From: an uncultured Actinomyces sp.
GTDB lineage: Bacteria; Actinomycetota; Actinomycetes; Actinomycetales; Actinomycetaceae
Length of the DNA: 64,000 bases
Assembly: GCF_900541895.1 (NCBI RefSeq)
Contig: NZ_UWSI01000001.1
Strand: one strand, 5' to 3'
This document shows, one piece after another, positions 42,635-52,068 of the stretch. The first letter of the stretch is position 1; each line of letters begins with the position of its first letter. The notes under the pieces are model-generated. The model saw only the letters and a list, made by a program, of their open reading frames with translations. It was not told the DNA's origin and did no database searches. The position numbers and the translations under genes were made by a program.

Positions 42635-44487
42635 TTGTCGTCCTCATCCACGACTTCGGCGTCGATGACGTCGTCATCGGAGGAAGTGGACGGCTCCTGT
42701 GACGCACCTGCTTCAGCAGCGGCCTGAGCGGCCTGAGCGTTCTGGTAGACCTCCTGGCCGATCTTCATCGCGGACTGGTTGAGCTTCTCAACGGAGCTCT
42801 TCACAGCCTCGAGATCGCTGCCCTTGAGGGCTTCCTTCACGGCGTCGAGGTCGCCCTGGACTTCCTGGCGGGTCGCTTCGGAGACCTTGTCGGCATCTTC
42901 CTTCAGGGTCTTCTCGATGGTGTAAACCAGCTGCTCGGCAGAGTTACGAATCTCCAGCTCCTCACGGCGCTTCTTGTCGTCCTCTTCGTGCTGAGCGGCC
43001 TCGTTGACCATGCGATCGATCTCTTCCTTACTCAAGGCGCTACCGCCGGTGATGGTCACCGAGGTTTCCTTGCCGGTTCCAAGATCCTTCGCGGAAACGT
43101 GAACGATACCGTTGGCGTCGATATCGAAAGTCACTTCGATCTGGGGCACTCCGCGCGGTGCGGGAGCAATTCCGGAAAGCTCGAAGTTACCGAGGAGCTT
43201 GTTATCAGCGGTGAACTGACGCTCGCCCTGGAAGACCTGGACCAGAACGGAGGTCTGGCCGTCGGCAGCGGTCGAGTAGACACGCGAAGCCTTGGTCGGG
43301 ATTGCGGTGTTGCGCTCAATGACCTTGTCCATGACGCCGCCCATGGTCTCGATGCCCAGGGACAGGGGAGTCACGTCGATCAGCAGAACGTCCTTGCGGT
43401 CGCCCTGGATGACGCCGGCCTGCAGGGCTGCGCCAACTGCGACGACCTCATCGGGGTTCACGCCCTTGTTGGGCTCGCGGCCACCGGTGAGCTTCTTGAC
43501 CAATTCGGCAACGGCGGGCATACGAGTGGAGCCACCAACCAGGACGACATGGTCGATCTCGCTCACGGAGATTCCTGCGTCCTTAATGACCTTCTCGAAA
43601 GGAGCCTTCGTGCGATCAAGCAGATCCGAGGTCATTTCCTCAAACTTTGCGCGGGTGAGAGTCTCGTCCAAGTGAACGGGGCCATCAGCGGTCACCGAGA
43701 GGTACTGCAGCGAAATGTTTGTGCTCATCGCGCTGGACAGTTCCTTCTTTGCCTGCTCAGCTGCTGCGCGCAAACGCTGAAGTGCGACCGGATCCTTGGA
43801 GAGATCAGCACCGCTCTTTGCCTTCACCTGCTCGATCAGCCAGTCAACGATGCGCTGATCCCAGTCATCGCCACCGAGGCGGTTGTCGCCTGCAGTTGCG
43901 CGGACCTGGATGGTGGAGAAACCGTCGTCATCCTTGCCGATTTCCAGCAGGGAAACGTCGAAGGTACCGCCACCGAGGTCGAAGACCAGGATGAGCTCGT
44001 CTTCCTTACCCTTTTCGAGGCCGTAGGCCAGTGCCGCAGCGGTCGGCTCATTGATGATACGCAGGACATTCAGGCCTGCGATCTGACCGGCGTCCTTGGT
44101 TGCCTGGCGCTCTGCGTCGTTGAAGTACGCAGGAACGGTGATGACCGCGTCGGTAACGGGCTCACCGAGGTACTCTTCCGCGTCCCTCTTGAGCTTGGAG
44201 AGGATGCGTGCCGAGATCTCCTGTGCGGTGTACTTCTTGTCGTCAATGTTAACGGTCCAGTCAGTGCCCATGTGACGCTTGACCGAAGAGATGGTGCGAT
44301 CAACATTCGTGACCGCCTGACGCTTGGCGATCTCGCCAACCAGGACCTCGCCGGTCTTGGAGAAAGCAACGACCGAGGGGGTCGTACGTGTGCCTTCTGC
44401 GTTTGCAATGATTGTGGGTTCTCCGCCTTCAAGTACTGCGATTGCGGAGTTCGTGGTGCCGAGGTCAATACCTACTGCGCGTCCCAT
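42631..44487 (-). CDS. dnaK: molecular chaperone DnaK (Hsp70)
   Basis: [22 protein letters not shown]…[12 protein letters not shown], with Hsp70 signatures throughout. The antisense ORF 42988..44718 is an artefact. Confidence 0.97.
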   Translation of the reverse strand: MGRAVGIDLGTTNSAIAVLEGGEPTIIANAEGTRTTPSVVAFSKTGEVLVGEIAKRQAVTNVDRTISSVKRHMGTDWTVNIDDKKYTAQEISARILSKLKRDAEEYLGEPVTDAVITVPAYFNDAERQATKDAGQIAGLNVLRIINEPTAAALAYGLEKGKEDELILVFDLGGGTFDVSLLEIGKDDDGFSTIQVRATAGDNRLGGDDWDQRIVDWLIEQVKAKSGADLSKDPVALQRLRAAAEQAKKELSSAMSTNISLQYLSVTADGPVHLDETLTRAKFEEMTSDLLDRTKAPFEKVIKDAGISVSEIDHVVLVGGSTRMPAVAELVKKLTGGREPNKGVNPDEVVAVGAALQAGVIQGDRKDVLLIDVTPLSLGIETMGGVMDKVIERNTAIPTKASRVYSTAADGQTSVLVQVFQGERQFTADNKLLGNFELSGIAPAPRGVPQIEVTFDIDANGIVHVSAKDLGTGKETSVTITGGSALSKEEIDRMVNEAAQHEEDDKKRREELEIRNSAEQLVYTIEKTLKEDADKVSEATRQEVQGDLDAVKEALKGSDLEAVKSSVEKLNQSAMKIGQEVYQNAQAAQAAAEAGASQEPSTSSDDDVIDAEVVDEDDK

Positions 44488-44589
44488 AATTTTTCCTTTC
44501 ATCAAAGCGTGGTGCAAATTGTCGCCGAGGCGATGCCGCGCTTTGTACGTCTTCTGTTGTGGTGGCCGAGGTTTCGACCTTCAGACCAC

Positions 44590-44610
44590 CTTGAGTCTGT
44601 TGCACTCAAG
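44590..44610. promoter_or_regulatory. HAIR operator 1 upstream of dnaK
   Basis: CTTGAGT-ctgttgc-ACTCAAG, a perfect match to the HspR-binding consensus. Confidence 0.8.
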
Positions 44611-44651
44611 TTTACGGATCGACTACCGGGCCCGCAAGCCCTACATCAAAA

Positions 44652-44672
44652 CTTGAGTCTGACATACTCAAC
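44652..44672. promoter_or_regulatory. HAIR operator 2 upstream of dnaK
   Basis: CTTGAGT-ctgacat-ACTCAAC is a second copy 62 bp from the first, a typical tandem HAIR arrangement. Confidence 0.75.
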
Positions 44673-44737
44673 TTATTTCACAGGGTTTTATTCCCCAATT
44701 TCCCAAAACATTTACTAAGAATCGGCAACTCTGCCAT

Positions 44738-45193
44738 TTACCATTGAAATTCCGCGGAAAAATCGGAGTTCATTCCGCGGAATTTCTCCATATCGCGACG
44801 CTCTTTCTTCGTCGGACGCCCACTTCCACGTTCTCGCTGAGCAAAAGCAATGCCCAGCCGAGGTCTCGGCTCACTGAGATCCTCATAGCAAAGTTTCGCG
44901 AAGGGATAACCCAGTCGTTTCGCAAGGAGCTTGCGAACGATCAGAACACGGTCAAAGCCCTCTACTCGCAGACGAACCTCATCACCCACGCGCACTTTCT
45001 GCGCAGCCTTCACCGATTCACCGTTAATTTTGACGTGACCAGCACGAGCAGCTGAGGTTGCCTGCGAACGCGACTTCACATGGCGCGTTGCCCACAACCA
45101 CGTATCAATACGCATGGTCTCACCCGCCGCGAGCGCCCCCTGAGGGACCTCACGCGGTTCATCACCAGCGCTCACGCCCGGCTTTTCGCTCAT
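44738..45193 (-). CDS. S4-domain RNA-binding protein (Hsp15/HslR-like)
   Basis: MRIDTWLWATRHVKSRSQATSAARAGHVKINGESVKAAQKVRVGDEV is an S4 alpha-L motif. It lies adjacent to the heat-shock operon. Confidence 0.65.
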   Translation of the reverse strand: MSEKPGVSAGDEPREVPQGALAAGETMRIDTWLWATRHVKSRSQATSAARAGHVKINGESVKAAQKVRVGDEVRLRVEGFDRVLIVRKLLAKRLGYPFAKLCYEDLSEPRPRLGIAFAQRERGSGRPTKKERRDMEKFRGMNSDFSAEFQW

Positions 45194-45288
45194 AGCAGCA
45201 TCTTAACGCCCACGCGCTTGCAGCCTTCTTATTCCCCCGCCGCCCACACAAGTGACACTCCACCACTCAGCGCACGCCCGGCCTCGTT

Positions 45289-46479
45289 GTGGCGAAGAGA
45301 CTTTCAAGATGCCAAGATGAAGCGATGGAGTGCGTACATTTAACAAGCGGGGAATGCCATTCATGCCCACTCATGCCCACTCCCTATAACCTTCAGCTTG
45401 CGCAGCGCCAAAAAGAAGCCAGCGAGCTACTGGCAACTCTGCCCCAGGCCTCGGAAATAAAATGGCTGCCCGCCGCCGCATCAGCGCCTGAGCACTATCG
45501 AAGCAAAGCAAAATTTGCGGTCGGGGGAAGTGCCGAGCAGCCGACTTTAGGGATCACAGGAGGCGCACCCAGCTACGCAGGAGTAGACCTCCCCCACTGC
45601 ATTGCGCATACAACGGTCATCGCAGATACCATCGCCCCCTTAAAAGCGTTCATCCGCGAGCTCCATTTGGAGCCCTACGATATTGCGCGCAGGCGTGGCG
45701 AACTCAAGCACATCCTAGTCACGCAGGGTACTGATGACGCACTGATAATCCGCTTCGTCATGCGCTCAAAGCGCGACTTAGCGCTGCTGCGTTCAAAACT
45801 TTCGCTCTTGTACTCACTCATTCCCGCGGCCAAGGTCGTCACCGTTAACATCCTGCCCGCACACGCCGCACTGGTAGAAGGCGATGAAGAGATCGTCATT
45901 TCTCAGCAGCACACACTGCCCACGCTTGTCGGCGATGTCGAGCTTCACCTGGGCCCACGCTCGTTTTCGCAAACCAATACGGGAGTAGCCTCACAGCTCT
46001 ATCGCCAGGTCGCGCGCTGGGCGCAACAGAGCGGGGCGTCTTCCCTGTGGGATCTCTACTGCGGAGTGGGCGGTTTCGCACTGCACGCGGCACTTGGCGG
46101 GGTTGAACACGTCAGCGGTGTAGAGATTTCACCCGAGGCCATTGCCTCCGCTCGGGAAACCTCTGAAGAACTCGGTGTGAGTGAGCGCGTACACCTGGTG
46201 GCCAGCGATGCACAAAAGTGGGCTTTCGCACAGGATAGGGATCATTACCCCGAGGCCCTGGTCGTCAACCCACCGCGGCGCGGAATCGGAACAGAGCTTG
46301 CTCGGTGGATTAACCAGAGCGACATTTCCACTGTGATTTACTCGTCCTGCTATCCGAAGTCGCTGGTCAGCGACCTTCAGCTCATGAATTCCTACAGGCT
46401 CCAAGAAGCGCGCCTCTTCGACATGTTCCCCCATACGAATCATATGGAATGCGCGGTTTTGCTCACGAAAGTCGTATAG
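45289..46479 (+). CDS. class I SAM-dependent RNA (uracil-5)-methyltransferase, RlmD/TrmA family
   Basis: LWDLYCGVGGFALHAA (SAM motif I), VVNPPRRG (motif IV), YSSCYP…D catalytic Cys region, plus N-terminal Cys residues (CHSCP) compatible with a RumA-like Fe-S site. Start uncertain. Confidence 0.7.
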   Translation: MAKRLSRCQDEAMECVHLTSGECHSCPLMPTPYNLQLAQRQKEASELLATLPQASEIKWLPAAASAPEHYRSKAKFAVGGSAEQPTLGITGGAPSYAGVDLPHCIAHTTVIADTIAPLKAFIRELHLEPYDIARRRGELKHILVTQGTDDALIIRFVMRSKRDLALLRSKLSLLYSLIPAAKVVTVNILPAHAALVEGDEEIVISQQHTLPTLVGDVELHLGPRSFSQTNTGVASQLYRQVARWAQQSGASSLWDLYCGVGGFALHAALGGVEHVSGVEISPEAIASARETSEELGVSERVHLVASDAQKWAFAQDRDHYPEALVVNPPRRGIGTELARWINQSDISTVIYSSCYPKSLVSDLQLMNSYRLQEARLFDMFPHTNHMECAVLLTKVV

Positions 46480-46628
46480 TTCTTCTCTTTTTCAACACCT
46501 TCACATACGCTGGATTCTTGTTCAAAGTTCACTGCGTAACTAGACTCGAAATAGATGCGTATTTGAATCTATTGAGACCCCATCTCACACAAGAGCAGAC
46601 TTCCTCGAGATAACGACAAGGTAGAAGG

Positions 46629-48488
46629 ATGATACGAACTCGAAATGCTGTGTTAGCCACGGCTGCTACTGCCGCTTTTATGACCGGTGGCACGGCGCTA
46701 TTGGGTCCGAATGACGCGCAAGCCCAGGATCAAGCATTCTCGATCTCTCAAAACATCACAGCTGACGCAGTCACTGTCTGCAACACCAGTCCTGTCATTA
46801 CGACCTACCACGGGACCGTCAATCTGACGATTCCCGTTGTCACCCTTCTGGCCAATTTCCAAGATGAAATGCAGACCGCAGCTGCAGCCGGCCAGAGCCC
46901 ACACGCAGCGGGAGCTCAGAACCCCGATATCTCCTTCACGGTTTCCGTTCCTCAGGGAACACAGGTTGGTCCCGGAACCGTCACAAATTCTTCCTCTCTT
47001 CTCTCAAGCTGGTGGTTCTCGCCCAATTCAGAGAAGACCGAGATGACAGTTAACCTTCATCTGACACAGACTGATTGGCAGGGACTCTACACCACCTACA
47101 CATCCGAGAAGAGCAATCCTCTTGGACACACCGTCACGATCAAGATTCCCTACGCTGTCGGTGCAAATAATGCAGCGGACGCGGCACGGATCGCTCAAGA
47201 GCAAGTCACCAGCACCGCGACTGCGAAGTTCTATACGGGTGGCGACACCCCTAACAAAGTCTTCACTTCTGCGGTGGTATCAACTCCAATCGCATCCACT
47301 CCCACGGACTGTTTCTCGAACGCACCCCAGCGGACGACACGTTGGGTGGATGCAGAGACCGGAGTCGACCTCAAGGCCCCTCAGACCGGTCCGAACTTCT
47401 TCCAGGCTGCCGGCATCCCCGACTATGAGTTTGTTTCCTCAGAGCTGTCGACAGACCGCATGACCGGCTTCTACAAGTACAAGAAGGTTTTCGGCGACCT
47501 TCCGGTCAACGGCGATGATCCAACGGTCGATACCGACTTCACGATCAGCTCTGACGGCGCTGCTCCAGCAGAAAAGGAAAGAATCCAGGCTGAAAATAAG
47601 AAGTCACTTCTGACCATCGAGAACGTCGTTCACCTGAATAATCTTCAAGGTGGGCGCATTGCCGCCCTCCTAAAAAAGTACGAGGAATCTCCCGCAACTT
47701 TTGATGAGATGGCGCTGAAGAATGCACACCTGGGCTTCACTACACAGATTACTCTTCCAGATCAGCTGAAATTTGCTGATCCCTCTGCCATCTCCATCAC
47801 CGGGATCCCGGAAGGCTTCACGGCAAAGACTGTGGCCATTGATGGTCAGACGGCACGCGTGACAGTCGATGTCAATGATCCCGAGTCCATTACAACGGTC
47901 GAAGCTTTAAAGGACGTAATGGCAAGGCTTCAGGGCGAGGCTGTCATCACGATCAAGAAGATTGCATTTGCCGATTCGGCGCGCCCTGACACCGACTACA
48001 CAATCGAGCATCAGACTCAGGGGTTGGTCTCAGTCGATATTGAAAAGCAGCTTGGGGTTATTGTCCGCCCGGGCACTCCCTCCCCCGCTTGCCCGCCAAC
48101 GATGGGCGGATACGACCAGCTCAAGCCTGCCGAGCCGCTTCCCGTCCAAGGAACAGTGTTTGACCCGCCCACGCCGGCATGCCCTCCAATGACTGCATAT
48201 AGCGCTGCATGGACTTTGCCCATGACCGGCCCCTCAGCTGGCTGGGCCGAGGCACCGCTCATGGAGCATTCTTTGACGTACACAAGCAGCGAGTCGCACC
48301 CTTACGTCACGCGTTTGACGTTTAAGGGCGATCCGCAGCCTACCCCGCCGGCTCCCACGCCAACTCCCTCAACCCCAACTTTTGGGCCTCAATTGGCGAA
48401 GACCGGTGCGGCAGGCGTGCTCTTCTTCATGGGCACTGCAGCGGCAGGAGCGACCGGCATGGCGCTCCGTCGCCGGTCGCGCGCATAA
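46629..48488 (+). CDS. sortase-anchored (LAKTG) cell-wall surface protein
   Basis: Signal peptide, a roughly 560-aa Thr/Ser/Gly-rich extracellular region, and a C-terminal LAKTG sorting motif followed by a hydrophobic segment and RRRSRA tail (the class-E sortase LAxTG type common in Actinomycetota). Confidence 0.7.
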   Translation: MIRTRNAVLATAATAAFMTGGTALLGPNDAQAQDQAFSISQNITADAVTVCNTSPVITTYHGTVNLTIPVVTLLANFQDEMQTAAAAGQSPHAAGAQNPDISFTVSVPQGTQVGPGTVTNSSSLLSSWWFSPNSEKTEMTVNLHLTQTDWQGLYTTYTSEKSNPLGHTVTIKIPYAVGANNAADAARIAQEQVTSTATAKFYTGGDTPNKVFTSAVVSTPIASTPTDCFSNAPQRTTRWVDAETGVDLKAPQTGPNFFQAAGIPDYEFVSSELSTDRMTGFYKYKKVFGDLPVNGDDPTVDTDFTISSDGAAPAEKERIQAENKKSLLTIENVVHLNNLQGGRIAALLKKYEESPATFDEMALKNAHLGFTTQITLPDQLKFADPSAISITGIPEGFTAKTVAIDGQTARVTVDVNDPESITTVEALKDVMARLQGEAVITIKKIAFADSARPDTDYTIEHQTQGLVSVDIEKQLGVIVRPGTPSPACPPTMGGYDQLKPAEPLPVQGTVFDPPTPACPPMTAYSAAWTLPMTGPSAGWAEAPLMEHSLTYTSSESHPYVTRLTFKGDPQPTPPAPTPTPSTPTFGPQLAKTGAAGVLFFMGTAAAGATGMALRRRSRA

Positions 48489-48506
48489 CATGACTCATTA
48501 ACCACT

Positions 48507-48545
48507 GTGATCCCGCGGAATAACCTTCCGCGGGATCACTTTTTA
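48507..48545 (+). terminator. rho-independent terminator
   Basis: GTGATCCCGCGGA-ataacc-TTCCGCGGGATCAC followed by TTTTTAC. Confidence 0.7.
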
Positions 48546-48616
48546 CGCCAAACCTCCACAGGTCACACACAGCTTGTCCTTAATCCCTACAGAATCCGCC
48601 AGTGGATTCTGTAGCC

Positions 48617-49615
48617 ATGAACACGAACAACCTTCCCCAGCCGGCCGCTCCTTCGGCCGATGATCTTGCACCCACACGCCCCACAAAGCGCCGCCGCAAA
48701 GGTCTGCGCAACGGAATCATTGCGGGCGCAACTGCGATCACACTGGCTTTGGGTGGCACCACTGCTTGGGCTCTCAACCGCTACGTGATCGACCACGTTG
48801 AAGTCACCAGCGCTTCTTCTTACGAGGCCTCGCAGGGCAACGCGCAGACCACTTCCTTGAATACCGATACCGCGACCACGACCTCGGACACCTACACGAA
48901 CGGAAACACCAAGATTTCCGTCAAGCAGGTCCAGGATAACGGCGTCACCTATTACGTCGCCGATGTCCAACTCTCCGATGCGACTGCACTTCGTTCCGCT
49001 TTCGCAAACGATCAGTTTGGCGCAAACATCACGGACCTTGTCTCCTCGATTGCTACGGATAACAACGCCGTCTTTGCCATTAACGGCGACTACTACGGTT
49101 TCCGCTCGACTGGAATTGTGATCCGAAACGGGACAATCTACCGCGACAGCGGAGCTCGTCAGGGTCTGGCCATCTACAAGGACGGCACGATGAAGGTCTA
49201 CGACGAAACTCAGACCAACGCACAGACCCTGGTCAACGAGGGCGTGTGGCAAACCCTCTCCTTCGGTCCGGCTCTTTTGCAGGACGGCCAGATCATCAGC
49301 GGAATCGACAACCTGGAGATTGACACCAACTTCGGTAACCACTCCATCCAGGGCAAACAACCGCGAACCGCGATCGGCATTATCGACGACAACCACTTTG
49401 TCTTCGTCGTTGTTGATGGACGTTCTCGAACTTCAAGCGGCGTGACCATGAGCGGCCTGGCCGAAATCATGCAGAGCCTGGGCGCAAAGACCGCATACAA
49501 CCTCGACGGCGGCGGCTCATCTGAAATGTGGTTCAACGGCCAGGTTGTCAATAGCCCCTCTAATGGTGGCGAACGCGCTACCTCCGACATCATCTACATC
49601 ACGAAGGGAGCATGA
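48617..49615 (+). CDS. phosphodiester glycosidase family protein (DUF2233-like), membrane-anchored
   Basis: N-terminal TM, then AINGDYYGFRS…GLAIYKDGT…PRTAIGI…DGR…GVTMSGLAEIM…NLDGGGSS, typical of the NAGPA-like/DUF2233 family that acts on glycan phosphodiesters. Confidence 0.65.
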   Translation: MNTNNLPQPAAPSADDLAPTRPTKRRRKGLRNGIIAGATAITLALGGTTAWALNRYVIDHVEVTSASSYEASQGNAQTTSLNTDTATTTSDTYTNGNTKISVKQVQDNGVTYYVADVQLSDATALRSAFANDQFGANITDLVSSIATDNNAVFAINGDYYGFRSTGIVIRNGTIYRDSGARQGLAIYKDGTMKVYDETQTNAQTLVNEGVWQTLSFGPALLQDGQIISGIDNLEIDTNFGNHSIQGKQPRTAIGIIDDNHFVFVVVDGRSRTSSGVTMSGLAEIMQSLGAKTAYNLDGGGSSEMWFNGQVVNSPSNGGERATSDIIYITKGA

Positions 49616-49618
49616 GCG

Positions 49619-50776
49619 ATGTATGTGTTAATCCCCGCTTACCAACCGGACGCACGATTGCCGCGTCTCATCCTTGAACTGCATCGCGCAGATCCTGCAA
49701 CGAAGATCGTTGTCGTTGACGAAGGTTCAGGCCAGAAGTTCAGTGATATTTTCGAGGCCGCAGCCACCGCCGGTGCGCACGTGATCTCCTATGAGAACAA
49801 CCGCGGTAAGGGCTACGCGCTTCGAGAAGGTTTCACCTGGATCCTTGATAGTGCAAGCAACCCGCAGGAATGCGTGGTGACCGCCGATGCGGATGGGCAG
49901 CACACGCTCACTGACATTTTCCGCGTTGGTCGGACCTGCACAGATACCGGCACAAGCGTGCTGGGAGTTCGCGAATTCGTTGGGCATGTCCCCGCTCGTT
50001 CCCGGATCGGCAACACCGCGACTTCAGCCCTGTTCTGGCTAGCAACGGGCTGGAAGCTCAAGGATACGCAAACCGGATTACGCGCATTCCCGCTCGCCTT
50101 GCTTCCCGCGCTGCTCGAGGTCCAGGGGGATCGTTACGAGTACGAGCTCCGCGTCCTTTTGCACTTGGCGAAGTTCCGTCAGCCGGTCACCCAAATCTCA
50201 ATTGAGACGATTTACGAGGCCGGAAATCCGACTTCTCACTTCCGTCCCTTGCAAGATTCAGCTCGAATTTGGGCACCTCTGTTGAAGTTCGCTGCCTCTT
50301 CTGGTGTTGCAACCGTTATCGACTACGTGCTGGTCCTTCTCCTGAATTCCCTCACTGGAGCTCTCTTCTTCCCGGTTGTTGCTGCTCGCCTGGTGAGCGC
50401 TTCAGTGAATTTCGCAATGAACCGCCGCGTTTTCGAGGCCACGGGAGTGCCGTTGCGTCGCAGTGCCCTCCGTTATGCCGCACTTGCCGTCGCAGTGGTT
50501 GCAGGGTCGTACACCATGCTTGCTGTATTGACGGGAATCGGGATGCCACTGTGGATCGCGAAGATCATTGCTGACACGACCATGTATCTGGTTTCTTACT
50601 CGGCGCAAAGCCGCTATGTCTTCGCACCCGCACAGCTGAGCAAGCAAGCAGGAAATACGCCGGTTAAACCAGTACTGCCCACGCCCGCGGCACCGTCCAT
50701 CTCTACCATCCGTTCACTGAATCCACGAGGCCTAAACGCTCGGCACTCTAGTGTCCCCTTGAGTCGGGCCTCGTGA
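49619..50776 (+). CDS. GT2 glycosyltransferase (DPM1/GtrB-like) fused to a C-terminal GtrA-like 4-TM domain
   Basis: The N-terminal GT-A domain (IPAYQPD…VVVDEGSG…TADADGQH…) is followed by a domain closely paralogous to the GtrA protein at 39709..40287 (…LVSASVNFAMNRRVFE…). Confidence 0.8.
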   Translation: MYVLIPAYQPDARLPRLILELHRADPATKIVVVDEGSGQKFSDIFEAAATAGAHVISYENNRGKGYALREGFTWILDSASNPQECVVTADADGQHTLTDIFRVGRTCTDTGTSVLGVREFVGHVPARSRIGNTATSALFWLATGWKLKDTQTGLRAFPLALLPALLEVQGDRYEYELRVLLHLAKFRQPVTQISIETIYEAGNPTSHFRPLQDSARIWAPLLKFAASSGVATVIDYVLVLLLNSLTGALFFPVVAARLVSASVNFAMNRRVFEATGVPLRRSALRYAALAVAVVAGSYTMLAVLTGIGMPLWIAKIIADTTMYLVSYSAQSRYVFAPAQLSKQAGNTPVKPVLPTPAAPSISTIRSLNPRGLNARHSSVPLSRAS

Positions 50777-50843
50777 GCATCGGATAATAACTATCCTCAG
50801 TGGCATACTTATGGCCTGTATAACGCATTAACAAGGAGCACCC

Positions 50844-51299
50844 ATGCGTATCGAGATCCTCAGCGAATGTGACTCATCGACGATCGAAAAGGTTCACGAG
50901 GCCTTTGACCGTCTTCTTCCGCAGCTTTCCTCTTCCGCACAGCCTTTGTCGCTCGAACAAATCCAGCAGCTTCTGGCTCAGGACTGCTTGCACTTGGTGT
51001 GCGCGCTCGATGAGGATGAGCGGATTTTGGGGATGCTCTCACTGGTTGTTTTTGATATTCCGACTGGCCGCCGAGCATGGATCGAAGATGTCGTTACCGA
51101 TCAGGCCGCACGCGGTCAAGGCGTGGGACAGAGCCTTCTCGATACCGCGGTTGAGCGCGCTCGGGAGCTGGGAGCTAAAACAGTCGATCTCACATCTCGG
51201 CCGACGCGAGAGGCGGCGAACCGCCTCTACCGTCGGGGGGGGGGTTTGTTTCCTTCAGCGCGAAACCAACGTCTACAGGAAGTCTTTCTGACCCCGTAG
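50844..51299 (+). CDS. GNAT-family N-acetyltransferase
   Basis: Acetyl-CoA motif A VVTDQAARGQGVGQSLL and motif B …ANRLYRRGG. It contains a G10 homopolymer at about 51235-51244 near its 3' end. Confidence 0.8.
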   Translation: MRIEILSECDSSTIEKVHEAFDRLLPQLSSSAQPLSLEQIQQLLAQDCLHLVCALDEDERILGMLSLVVFDIPTGRRAWIEDVVTDQAARGQGVGQSLLDTAVERARELGAKTVDLTSRPTREAANRLYRRGGGLFPSARNQRLQEVFLTP

Positions 51300-51314
51300 G
51301 ACCCGTATGTGGGA

Positions 51315-51347
51315 GGTGGGACAGCAATCGCTGTCCCACCTTTTCTG
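51315..51347. terminator. bidirectional terminator between GNAT and marR-like genes
   Basis: GGTGGGACAGC-aatc-GCTGTCCCACC followed by TTTTCTGTTT. Confidence 0.7.
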
Positions 51348-51348
51348 T

Positions 51349-51807
51349 TTAAAGAAGCGTATCTGAGATGACGTTGAGGATTCTGAGCAGGGTATCGCGA
51401 TCATCGCCTTCTACCGCGCCAAGAAGTCCGTTGCGCACCGCGCTTGCGAAGACGCCATTTGCGGCCTCATAGGCCTGACGCCCTTCAGGGGTAATGCACA
51501 CAAGCACAGAACGTCGATCCGTTGACGATCCTTCTTTGGTAATGAATCCCTTCGCCGCAAGGCGAGAGATTGCACGACTAGTTCCCGAACGCGTCAAGGA
51601 GACCAGCGCACCCAGCTCGCCAGAACGCATGGGCTGCTCACCGTTGGCAAGCTCATCAAGCATCTCAAACTCAATCAGAGCAAGAGGTGCACTTTTACTA
51701 ATTTCCGAACCTAACGTGCTTTGAACAGCACGTGTAACAGAACTCCACGCGTGCCAAAGCTCAGATTCGCTCTCATCGAGGAGAGTCTCATTGCTTTGTG
51801 TAATCAC
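51349..51807 (-). CDS. MarR-family transcriptional regulator
   Basis: Winged HTH …LVSLTRSGTSRAISRLAAKGFITKEGSSTDRRSVLVCITPEG. A palindrome AGCTCACG-ctt-CGTGAGCT lies in its upstream region at 51957..51979. Confidence 0.8.
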   Translation of the reverse strand: MITQSNETLLDESESELWHAWSSVTRAVQSTLGSEISKSAPLALIEFEMLDELANGEQPMRSGELGALVSLTRSGTSRAISRLAAKGFITKEGSSTDRRSVLVCITPEGRQAYEAANGVFASAVRNGLLGAVEGDDRDTLLRILNVISDTLL

Positions 51808-52068
51808 CCTTTTAATTTATCAGTTTAGCAACAATAAAACTACCCTCTGACCTGCGTAAATGCCCAAATAAACCGGACAGATTTTCACCGAATTAATACG
51901 AACTGATACGATCTGACAACAAAATCATCCACCACGCTGTTCAAAGTTGAATGACTGTCAGCTCACGCTTCGTGAGCTAGTGGGTCAAATGATCAAGATG
52001 ATCGCTTTTTACGTCCTGCACAAATGAGCACATCTTCGTGAATGAAACGTGCAGCGTAGGATGGATGC

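Noticed and set aside
41234-42727. 497-aa plus-strand ORF
   Set aside because: Antisense to dnaJ/grpE with Arg/Gly/Leu-rich junk composition.
42988-44718. 576-aa plus-strand ORF
   Set aside because: Antisense of dnaK, with low-complexity Gly/Asp/Leu composition and no domain signal.
49210-50061. Minus-strand 80-130-aa ORFs
   Set aside because: Antisense to the DUF2233 and GT2 genes.
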